Of a stretch of 64,000 nucleotides of DNA, positions 55,444 to 64,000 are shown piece after piece. Positions within the stretch are counted from its first letter, which is position 1, and the number at the start of each line of letters is the position of its first letter. The DNA lies in NCBI GenBank assembly GCA_963804955.1, contig CAWDSQ010000014.1, positions 64,001 to 128,000 on the forward strand, in the 5' to 3' direction. Below the pieces are notes generated by a model, which saw nothing but the letters and a program-made list of their open reading frames with translations, searched no databases and was not told the DNA's origin. A program made the position numbers and the translations under genes. This stretch comes from an uncultured delta proteobacterium. GTDB taxonomy: Bacteria > Desulfobacterota > WTBG01 > CAIYCZ01 > CAIRTM01.

Positions 55444-55616
55444 TCCTTCGCCCGATGAAATATGATATGAGCATTGCAGTTTGTTGCACCAGGCACCGTT
55501 GCCAGGAAAGTATGTAATTTAATATAATCAATTAAAAGCATTGCTTTTTAAATTGAAAAAAGGTTAATTAAAAAACATATTTTTTTATAAATCCATACGA
55601 CAACCAGAGGAATGTC

Positions 55617-55982
55617 ATGGCCGAAAAAGCCATTTTAGTGGTAGATGACAACCAGCCTGAACTTGCCATGATGCAGGTGCTGCTGAAGTCAAAAGGCTTT
55701 ACCGTTATCACCGCAATTGACGGTGAAGAGGCTATTGCCAAGGCAACGGCACTGCACCCCCGGCTGATTCTGCTTGATGTCATCCTGCCGAAAAAAAATG
55801 GTTTTCAAGTCTGTCGTCAGCTGAAAACATCGCCGGAGACCAGGGATATTAAAATAATTATGGTCACCCAGAAAAATCAGGAAAGTGACCGTTTCTGGGG
55901 CCTCAAGCAGGGGGCAGACGACTACCTTACAAAACCCCTGAAGGATGAAGCACTGCTTTCATGCATTGCAAAGCATATGTAA
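55617..55982 (+). CDS. pilH: PilH-like response regulator
   Basis: LLDVILPKKNGFQVCRQLK, KNQESDRFWGLKQGADDYLTKP. Confidence 0.85.
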   Translation: MAEKAILVVDDNQPELAMMQVLLKSKGFTVITAIDGEEAIAKATALHPRLILLDVILPKKNGFQVCRQLKTSPETRDIKIIMVTQKNQESDRFWGLKQGADDYLTKPLKDEALLSCIAKHM

Positions 55983-56051
55983 CAGCCGTGGATGCCTGCA
56001 GAAAGGCCGCGGGCTGCCACGGAGCAAGCCCTGATCAAGGATGAAAAATTG

Positions 56052-57841
56052 ATGCAGAGAGATCAATCAATTCGCCATATTGCACTTACCTGCCCGCACT
56101 GCGGCAAGCACTATAAAAAGGTGCCCTACGAGCTATAAAAAAGCATCAATTTGCATTCTGCAAACAGTGCAATAAAAAATTCCGCGTTGAACCCTCAGTG
56201 CTGGAAGCAGCGCTCAAACAGGCCGCGCTTGCCCTTGCCGGGCAGAGCCCGGAAGGCGCCGAATTACCGGGCCGACACACAGAAGATACACCAGACCCGG
56301 CCGGAGAGCAGGCATCGGGCACGGACCAGTCAGCACAGATGCATGATGCACAGACTATTCCCGGCCTGCAGAATATTGTGCAACAGGCTGCAGCGGCAGC
56401 ACAGGATTTTCTGCCGGAGCCATCAGCCGCAGATCAGCCGCTTGACGGCGGCATGCTGTCAAAGCTCTTTGACTCACAGCAAAGCCAGGCAGAAGAACAA
56501 CCGGGCATTCAGGGTTCTTTTCAACAAGACATTGATAAACTTGCATCTGCAATGGACGAAACATTTCATCAGCCGCAAGAGGCGCATCCGTCTGAGGATA
56601 CAGCAGGGGCTGCTGGTGAAAATATTTTTAGCGACAGCGCGCAGTTCGAGCAGCTCCTTGAAACAGCAATGGCTTCTCCTGCCCCTCCATCCGTCTCCGA
56701 TCGTAAGGAGCCTGCAGGCATGTCTGCCGGGGAATTGGTCCCCGGTCAGCCAGATGAGCCTGCTGCACAAGAAGACCTTGAGCGGGAAGATCGGAAAGAG
56801 CCCTTGATCCAGCATCAGGGCGACGATGCTCAACTCACAATTGCCACCAGCCCTGAAATCACTGAAGAACCCCTGGTCGAAGATCTGCCGCTTCCGGCAT
56901 CGACAGGACCTGCCATTGAGGATGAGACCTTTGAAGCAATAATGAAGGAGTTGTCTGGCGAGTCTCCTCTTGAAATTGCTGCAGAGCAGGAGCCGCTTGA
57001 GGCGCCACCGGCCGAAGATCTGGTGGCTCCGGCATCCATAGAAACCGCCATTCAGGATAAGACCATTGAAGAACTCATTGAAGAGCTGGATGTCGAGGCC
57101 CCTCTGGAGATTGATGCGGACCAGGAACAGGTTGAACAACCCATGGTCGAAAACGGGCTTGCCGCAACACAGGCAGAGACTGCTCCCGATGAAGAGCCAC
57201 TTGATGAATCCCTGATTGAAGAACCGGGCAGCGAACAATTCGAGCAGGAGAGCGTTTACGCCATCCAGGAGCAGGGGAAAAACCCTGCTGCAGCAAACCG
57301 GGACTTCCTGGCTTCACCGGGTGATACTGGGGGAAATCGTGACGTAGCAAGTATGCTCAAAGACCTTGTGCTGCCAACAGCCGATGCCAGGGAAGGAATG
57401 GAGCAGTTCGTGCTTTTCCCCCTGGGAGAGCAGCTGTTTGCAGCGCCGGTTGCCAATGTAGCAGAGCTCAGCCTGCCGCCTGATTTCATACTGCTGCCCA
57501 ACACACCGCAATGGCTCCTCGGCATCGCCAATATGCGCGGTGAGATTATCTCCATAGTAGACTTCAGAGGCTTTCTCAGCATGGATCAGGAAAGCATCAA
57601 AAAAACATCCCGCATGATTATTGCACAGACAATAGACCGGCAGATGATGGTTGGGCTGATTGTCGACAGGATCAACGGCATATACTATTTTGCCACTGAC
57701 GACATCCTCCCCGTTGAGCAGCAGGCAGCAGGCCAGGCAGCAGCATATGTAAGCGGAACCTGTGCGCACGAGGATACCGTTGTGGCAATTCTTGACCTTG
57801 AAAAACTGCTGCAGTCCCAGAAAATGAGGCAATTCCAATAA
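56052..57841 (+). CDS. CheW/PilI-like protein with N-terminal zinc ribbon and long acidic region (frameshift near 56133)
   Basis: N-terminal CPHC...CKQC across the frameshift; C-terminal LPNTPQWLLGIANMRGEIISIVD, VGLIVDRI, ILDLEKLL. Confidence 0.82.
56870..57180 (+). repeat. 135-bp (45-aa) imperfect tandem repeat within the CheW gene
   Basis: CGAAGATCTG at 56878 and 57013; units EDL..PAS...AI.D.T.E....EL..E.PLEI.A.QE. Confidence 0.8.
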
Positions 57842-57884
57842 TACTAAAAACAAATAAAATCTTTATTGGCAAAGGAGTACGAGA

Positions 57885-60041
57885 ATGAAATCGAAAAGCG
57901 GAAGCGCACGTGCCGAATCGAGCGGAAAATCCGGAGGCACCCCGTTTAGAAGCATCAAAAAAAAGCTCTACGTTTCATTCGGTTGCCTGATCCTGATTTT
58001 TTTCCTGGTCAGCCTGGGAGCCATTGGCAGCCAGCTTTATCTCAACAACAGTGTAACAAATCTTCTCAATACAGAAATCCGCTTTTCGGAACTGTTGAAG
58101 GCTTCTGAGTCAGGGATGCAGGGCGCTCAGGTGCTTGAGCATGATTTTTTCGCCAATTACCGTGAGCGCGGTTTCGAAGCGGCAAAAGCCCTGCTCAATG
58201 AGGCGGAAGACCAGTTTCAAGCCATCCATAAAAACCTCCGCGACATTCGGCAGCTGGCTATCGGGCAGGAAAATATAGATAAAGCGGAAGCCTGCGACAG
58301 GGCAGTATCGCTCTACCAGTCCGGGCTGCGCACCGCCGTAGCCATTATTGAAAAGCGTGTTGCTGCTGACGGGCCCGAATCTCAGTTGCGGACCGCAGGC
58401 CAGGCTCTGGAAGATTTTTTCCATTCGCGAAGCATGAACGCTGCAGGCATACAGCTTATGCGCATGTATGAGCAGCGGTATCTCATGGGCGAAAGCAAAG
58501 CCGGAGGCATACTTGCCGATGCGATTGCACAAATCAAGAACCAGATGGAAACGGCCCGGCTCTCCGACGGCGACGGGGAACAGCTCAACCGGCTCTGCAC
58601 CGTCTATGCATCCGCCCTTGAGAAAGCCAGAAACATGGATGCGCAACTGCAAAAAACCATTGCCGACTACCGCATCATCGACAGCAAAATCAAGCCCATG
58701 CTCGTGTCCCTTCACGCTGCCGCAACCCGCGAAAAAAATATGGCGGTTGATGCTATGAAAAAAATGGCCGGCATCACACTGGCCGCGACTGCGGCAGCCT
58801 TTTTGCTCGTTCTTGTTGCCGGCTTTGCAGCAGCAGGGCAGCTCGCCAGGGGCATCACCCGTCAGGCGCAGAATATAATGGGTATTTTTAACAAAATAAG
58901 CATTGGAGACTACAGCGCCCGCGCTCAGGTAACATCAAACGACGAGCTGGGCGCCATGGCGCGATCCCTCAACACCATGCTTGATAATATTTTCGAGCTT
59001 ATTCAGACCCGGGAAGAACGCAACACCATGCAGGCCTCGCTGATGAAACTGCTTGACGATGTGAGCGGCATCGCCGATGGCGATCTCTCCAAGGAGGCCG
59101 AGGTTACCCAGGACTTCACCGGAGCCATCGCCGATGCATTTAACTTCGCCATCATGCAGCTGAGGCAAATCGTCCACAGCGTTCAGGACTCGACCTTCAA
59201 AGTCGGCTCGTCGGCAAGCGAAATTTCATCAGCCGCTGAAAAACTTGCCAGAGACAATGAGATAACCGCCGCGCGTATCGTTGAGACAACGGCGACAGTA
59301 AAGGAAATGGCGCTTTCCGCGCGGAACGTTTCTGAAAACGCCATACAGTCAGCGTCAGTATCCGATCAGGCTCTCGATACCGCAAAACAGGGCGCGCAGG
59401 CCGTGCTCGACACAATTGATGGCATGAACCGTATCCGGGACAGGGTTCAGGAAACAGCAAAGCGCATTAAACGTCTGGGTGAAAGCTCACAGGAAATCGG
59501 AGATATCGTCCAGATGATCAACGACATAGCCGACCGCACCAGTATTCTGGCCATGAATGCCTCTATCCAGGCCGCCATGTCAGGCGAGTCGGGCCGTGGC
59601 TTTGCCGTCGTTGCGGAAGAAGTTGAGCGCCTGGCGCAGCGCTCTGCAAAAGCCACAAAACAGATCACCGAACTTGTCAAAACGATTCAGTCGGAAACCA
59701 ATGAAACAGTTATTGCCATGGAAGAAACAACTCATGAAGTGGTTTCCGGCTCCGATCTGGCAAATGATGCCGGCCAGGCTCTCAATCAGATCGAAACTGT
59801 TTCAAGCACCATGGCCGATATCATCAAATCGATTTCTCAGGCAGCACAGAATCAGGCCCGCAGTTCCGATGAGGTAGCACAGATAATGAACGAGATATCC
59901 GAGGCAACGCAGCAGGCTGCGGCTGGGGTCAGGCAGGCGGCTCTGTCCATTACGAGCCTTGCCCGCATGGCCGAGGATCTCCGCGGATCGGTAAACGTGT
60001 TCAAACTGCCGGACGATGAAAAGCCGCGACTGAACGCATGA
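57885..60041 (+). CDS. pilJ: Methyl-accepting chemotaxis protein, PilJ-like
   Basis: TM-sensor-[16 protein letters not shown]...[52 protein letters not shown]. Confidence 0.88.
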   Translation: MKSKSGSARAESSGKSGGTPFRSIKKKLYVSFGCLILIFFLVSLGAIGSQLYLNNSVTNLLNTEIRFSELLKASESGMQGAQVLEHDFFANYRERGFEAAKALLNEAEDQFQAIHKNLRDIRQLAIGQENIDKAEACDRAVSLYQSGLRTAVAIIEKRVAADGPESQLRTAGQALEDFFHSRSMNAAGIQLMRMYEQRYLMGESKAGGILADAIAQIKNQMETARLSDGDGEQLNRLCTVYASALEKARNMDAQLQKTIADYRIIDSKIKPMLVSLHAAATREKNMAVDAMKKMAGITLAATAAAFLLVLVAGFAAAGQLARGITRQAQNIMGIFNKISIGDYSARAQVTSNDELGAMARSLNTMLDNIFELIQTREERNTMQASLMKLLDDVSGIADGDLSKEAEVTQDFTGAIADAFNFAIMQLRQIVHSVQDSTFKVGSSASEISSAAEKLARDNEITAARIVETTATVKEMALSARNVSENAIQSASVSDQALDTAKQGAQAVLDTIDGMNRIRDRVQETAKRIKRLGESSQEIGDIVQMINDIADRTSILAMNASIQAAMSGESGRGFAVVAEEVERLAQRSAKATKQITELVKTIQSETNETVIAMEETTHEVVSGSDLANDAGQALNQIETVSSTMADIIKSISQAAQNQARSSDEVAQIMNEISEATQQAAAGVRQAALSITSLARMAEDLRGSVNVFKLPDDEKPRLNA

Positions 60042-60128
60042 ACAAACTGACGTTTGACGGGCCATGCCCATACAGGGCCTTCCCCGTGCTGACATGACAC
60101 GAAACGCCTGCATATAAGCGATATCGGT

Positions 60129-63029
60129 ATGACATACAAGGTGCAACAGGAAGTTCTCGATGGATTCATAGCGGAGGCGCAAAGCTATCTGCCTTCAATC
60201 CGGGAAGGAATTTTTGCGTTTCAAAGCAGTCCGGATAATACCGGACTTCTTGAGGAAGCATACCGCCAGGCGCACATCATTAAAGGTGCAGCCTCCATGG
60301 TCGGCCTGCCGGAGCTGAGCTATCTGGCAGGTTTTGTCGAGCAGATTCTGGAAGAAATTCTCAACGGGACCATCAGCCTGAACATGCAGGCCCTTGCCGT
60401 GCTGGACAACGGCCTGTCCTGTATTGAAGCCTGCCTTGACCGGCTCGGGGAAAATCTTGACGATTTAAGAACTATCGTCAGCGCCCTGTTCATTGCCTAC
60501 CGGAGACTGGCCGGGCTTCCTGCGGACGAAGACAGCGACGCAGTGGCGGAAATAATGGATGCTATTGCCGCATATTATGAAAAAATGGAGGCTGAGGTTC
60601 TTGAGGAAGATGCTTTTGCCGAGCAGTCCGAAGAGCCGGCCGTTTCAGCACCGCCTGCCGAGCACGCAGTGCCGGTGATGACAGACATACCCCCCGAGCT
60701 GCTTGAAGTGTTCCTGCTCGAAGCCGAAGATCACTTAAAAAATATCACTGTTTTTCTCGCATCTCTGAAGCAGAACCCCGTTCAAAAAGATGTCCTTCAA
60801 AGTCTTCGACGCAGCGTGCATACGCTCAAGGGTTCGTCTGCGGCAGTCGGTTTCCGCGTCGTATCGACACTGGCCCATCGCATGGAGGACCTGCTTGACC
60901 GGCTTTTTGAAGGAGCGCAAAAACTCGATCAGAGTATTCTCGAACTGCTCACGTCATCTGCTGAAGCACTTGAGGACCTTGCCTCCAATACGGCTGATAA
61001 CACCTTTGTTCAGAGCCTCTACGACAAATATGACCGCCTGCTTCAGTCAAAGGAACAAAAAGCCGCTCCGGCAGAAAAAAAACCCGAAGCGCCACAGGCT
61101 GCGGCGCCAGGTGAACCTGCACAGCCCGTTGCGGCGCCGGTACCGGCACATGCCAAGCCCGAAGAAATGGTGCGCATCGGCATGGACCGTATCGATGAAA
61201 TCATGCGGCTCATGGGTGAGCTTGTCATCAGCAGAAGCTCCATTGAACAATATATCACTGATCTCACCAACAGGGTCGAAAACATGGCGCCGACCATCGA
61301 GCGCCTGAAAAAAGTCTCGGAGCGGCTGGAAACCGAGTATGAAATCAGCGCTCTTGGCGACGGCCTTGCCAGCCGGCGCGGCAAGGCCCTGTCAGACGGA
61401 CGCCGGTCGATGCCGGTTTTTGCCGAACATGATTTTGACGAACTTGAGCTTGACCGGTATACCGAATTTCATCATCTGCTGCGCCAGCTCGCCGAAACGA
61501 TCTCCGACATCAAGCTGATCAATACCGATCTGGGCAATGTGACCAGCGACTTTGAAAGCATGTCGCACGTGCAGGGCAGGCTCTCGAGCGACATGCAGGA
61601 CAAGCTTATGAAAATACGCATGATGCCGATCGCCTCAATTGCAGCCCGCATGCGGCAGATCGTGCGCGTCATTGCTCTGGCGCAGAACAAGCTGGTGGAT
61701 ATGGTGATCGAAGGCGAGCAGATGGAAATTGACAAAAAAGTGCTCGACAGCATGATTGATCCGCTCATGCACATCCTGCGCAACAATGTCGATCATGGCA
61801 TCGAACCCCCCGAGGAGCGCAAGGCAAAGGGGAAAACGGAGCGGGGAATTATCCGGCTGCGAGCATACTACTCGGGCAATAAAATCGTTCTTGCCATCAG
61901 CGACGACGGCAGAGGGCTGGATGCGGACAAAATCCGCCGCAAGGCAATCGCCGCCGGGTATATCGATGAAGAGGGAGCGGCCCGGCTGACCAGTCAGGAT
62001 ATATTTCAATATGTGCTCCTGCCGAATTTCAGTACGGCCGACAAAATAAGCGAGTTCTCAGGACGCGGCGTCGGCATGGATGTGGTAAAAACACAGGTCA
62101 CAGCCCTCCAGGGAACAGTTGAAATCGAATCTGTCAAGGGCCAGGGCACGCTGGTCATCATCCGCCTGCCCATGTCGCTTGCCGTGACACGATCCCTTCT
62201 GATGAAATCGTACAACAACACTTTTGCAGTTCCCCTCGGGTTCATCAAGCAGGTCCTGCGCCTTGAGCCCGGCGAAATCGAGCAGACCAGAGACGGCGGG
62301 ATCGTGCATGTTGAAGATATTCCCTATCCGCTTCTGCGTCTGGGCGATGTCCTGGGGCTCCCGCGCCCGGCAGATTATGAGGAATCTCAAACACCCCTGG
62401 TGCTCCTGCTGGATATAGGCGCGCAATATATCGCCATGACCATTGATGAGCTGCTGGGAGAGCGCGAAATCGTCGTAAAAAACCTGGGGACACACCTGCG
62501 GCGCGTACCCGGCATTGCGGGCGCGACTCTTCTTGGCGACGGCTCGGTGGTGCTGATTCTCAATCCGCTTGATCTTGCCTCGCTGCAGTCCCAGAACAAG
62601 GGGATAAGCCGCACTCTTGCTGAGCAGGAAAAAACCCCTGCGGAAAAAATGCTCTCGGTGCTCATCGTTGATGATTCCGTAAGCGTTCGCATGATCATGA
62701 CCAACTTCATAAAAAGCTCAGGATGGCTGCCCATAACGGCAAAAGACGGCGTCGAGGCGCTGGAAATACTCCAGGCCGTTTCTCAGCAGCCCGACATCAT
62801 TCTGCTCGATGTGGAAATGCCGCGCATGGATGGGTATGAACTGCTGTCGCGCCTCAAAAGCAACGCTGTCCACAGAAGCATTCCCGTTGTGATGATTACG
62901 TCGCGATCAAGCGAAAAGCATCGCATGAAAGCGCTTGAAATGGGCGCTGCCGACTATGTGATCAAGCCCTACCAGGATGACCTCCTGAAAAATCTCATAG
63001 AGCATCTGATATCACAGCCCAAGTTCTGA
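60129..63029 (+). CDS. chpA: ChpA-like hybrid CheA kinase (two Hpt domains, HATPase, CheW, REC)
   Basis: AHIIKGAA and VHTLKGSS Hpt domains, FDELELDRY, HILRN.VDHGIE, DDGRG, SGRGVGMDVV, terminal receiver. Confidence 0.9.
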   Translation: MTYKVQQEVLDGFIAEAQSYLPSIREGIFAFQSSPDNTGLLEEAYRQAHIIKGAASMVGLPELSYLAGFVEQILEEILNGTISLNMQALAVLDNGLSCIEACLDRLGENLDDLRTIVSALFIAYRRLAGLPADEDSDAVAEIMDAIAAYYEKMEAEVLEEDAFAEQSEEPAVSAPPAEHAVPVMTDIPPELLEVFLLEAEDHLKNITVFLASLKQNPVQKDVLQSLRRSVHTLKGSSAAVGFRVVSTLAHRMEDLLDRLFEGAQKLDQSILELLTSSAEALEDLASNTADNTFVQSLYDKYDRLLQSKEQKAAPAEKKPEAPQAAAPGEPAQPVAAPVPAHAKPEEMVRIGMDRIDEIMRLMGELVISRSSIEQYITDLTNRVENMAPTIERLKKVSERLETEYEISALGDGLASRRGKALSDGRRSMPVFAEHDFDELELDRYTEFHHLLRQLAETISDIKLINTDLGNVTSDFESMSHVQGRLSSDMQDKLMKIRMMPIASIAARMRQIVRVIALAQNKLVDMVIEGEQMEIDKKVLDSMIDPLMHILRNNVDHGIEPPEERKAKGKTERGIIRLRAYYSGNKIVLAISDDGRGLDADKIRRKAIAAGYIDEEGAARLTSQDIFQYVLLPNFSTADKISEFSGRGVGMDVVKTQVTALQGTVEIESVKGQGTLVIIRLPMSLAVTRSLLMKSYNNTFAVPLGFIKQVLRLEPGEIEQTRDGGIVHVEDIPYPLLRLGDVLGLPRPADYEESQTPLVLLLDIGAQYIAMTIDELLGEREIVVKNLGTHLRRVPGIAGATLLGDGSVVLILNPLDLASLQSQNKGISRTLAEQEKTPAEKMLSVLIVDDSVSVRMIMTNFIKSSGWLPITAKDGVEALEILQAVSQQPDIILLDVEMPRMDGYELLSRLKSNAVHRSIPVVMITSRSSEKHRMKALEMGAADYVIKPYQDDLLKNLIEHLISQPKF

Positions 63030-63254
63030 AGCTGCTGCATTCCAAATGCCGTACGTTTAAAAACCGGTTTCTCTCGAAAATTTTGCCGCTTTGGTCAACA
63101 CCCCGTGGGTGAACCCCGCGTTCGGGTGAAGAAACTGGAGCTGAGTGAACACAAACCTCAAAACGATATATCCCGAAACAGCACACCTGTAAAAAAGCCG
63201 TAATGTGCGTGATGCGCCATGGCTTTTTCTTTGCGCCCGGCATACGGGCAGGCT

Positions 63255-64000
63255 CTACATCAGCGTTTTTTTTCTTGTGCAGGCGTTCGCTGGCAGGCAG
63301 AGGGATTGAAGCACCGCAAGCGTTTTATTGCCAAGGCCTTGGGGCACTTTCAAGGTATAGCTCCCGTTGGGCAGCAGGTAGCCGGTAAACTCGGGGTTAA
63401 GCTCTTTAATAATTTTAAAGTCCGTGCCGATGCCCTGAGCCACATCGGTTATATGAACGGGGTTTCCCAGCTTCACGGCGATCGAATCGCTTGTAACCGG
63501 TGCATAGATATGCTCTTTGGGAATAGCATAGCCGTACCGCTCCGGATGCTGCATGATCAGCTTTATAGCCGCAATGCGAAAAACAAACCGCTCTGTTTCA
63601 AGAGGCAGATTCAAGCGGTAATAATCGGACACTTTTTGTATGTCCATCTCGCGGCGCAGGCGCGCTTCGCCGCAGTTATAGGCGGCAAGGGCCAGAGTCC
63701 AGCAGCCGAATTCCTGCCGCAAGCCCTGCAGGTACCGCAGGGCTGCACGGGTGGCTATTTCAGGACTGTTGCGCTCGTCAACAAGCTCGTCTTTGCGAAG
63801 GCCATTGCGCACACCTGTTTCCTCGATCATCTGCCAGGTTCCCACAGCCCCCTTATTCGATTCAATATAGGCAAGCAGCGAGCTTTCGGCAACGGCAAGG
63901 TATTTCAAATCATCCGGCATACCGAGCTCTGCAAGTTTTTTTTCAATCAGCGGAAAAACCCTGCCGGCGCGCTTAATCCACATAAACACCTGCGCCTGCC
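63255..64000 (-). CDS. MltD-like lytic murein transglycosylase (5'-partial)
   Basis: DDLKYLAVAES, AVGTWQM, VDER...AT.AA.RYL, LALAAYNCGE, LPLETERFV, ELNP. Confidence 0.88.
   Translation of the reverse strand, partial: QAQVFMWIKRAGRVFPLIEKKLAELGMPDDLKYLAVAESSLLAYIESNKGAVGTWQMIEETGVRNGLRKDELVDERNSPEIATRAALRYLQGLRQEFGCWTLALAAYNCGEARLRREMDIQKVSDYYRLNLPLETERFVFRIAAIKLIMQHPERYGYAIPKEHIYAPVTSDSIAVKLGNPVHITDVAQGIGTDFKIIKELNPEFTGYLLPNGSYTLKVPQGLGNKTLAVLQSLCLPANACTRKKTLM

Noticed and set aside
63030..63250. Possible ncRNA between chpA and the MltD-like gene
   Set aside because: Only weak short stems; no promoter, terminator or known motif recognised.

Overview
Chromosomal (non-phage) segment, most likely from an anaerobic Desulfobacterota/deltaproteobacterium; this is inferred from the PxxKW protein, system II cytochrome c maturation, several sigma-54 promoters, ETF and acs. 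In order: a type IV minor-pilin operon (fimT-pilW-pilV-pilX-pilY1); ccsA/resB divergent from a tetraheme cytochrome c; an HD/crotonase/DOMON-like/LOG cluster; GTP-PEPCK; nnr; a three-gene signalling cassette; a radical SAM enzyme; a YbhGFSR-like ABC exporter; an adaptor-bactofilin-SLT cluster; PxxKW; etfBA; a sigma-54 two-component system next to acs; a RavA/ViaA-like pair; mtaB; an OmpA operon; a Pil-Chp chemosensory operon; and an MltD-like enzyme. Many genes are split by single-base frameshifts, probably long-read indel errors, so those coordinates are reconstructed. Most notable signal: a consensus sigma-54 promoter just downstream of the two-component genes drives two tandem hairpin units with different stems but the same C-rich motifs, a candidate undescribed Pxr-like sRNA locus (35.40-35.65 kb). 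Also notable: nested REP/MITE elements, a duplicated Cys/His module inside PilY1, a bactofilin partner lacking its peptidase domain, and zinc ribbons on two Chp proteins. No CRISPR array, tRNA, rRNA, transposase or reverse transcriptase was recognised.
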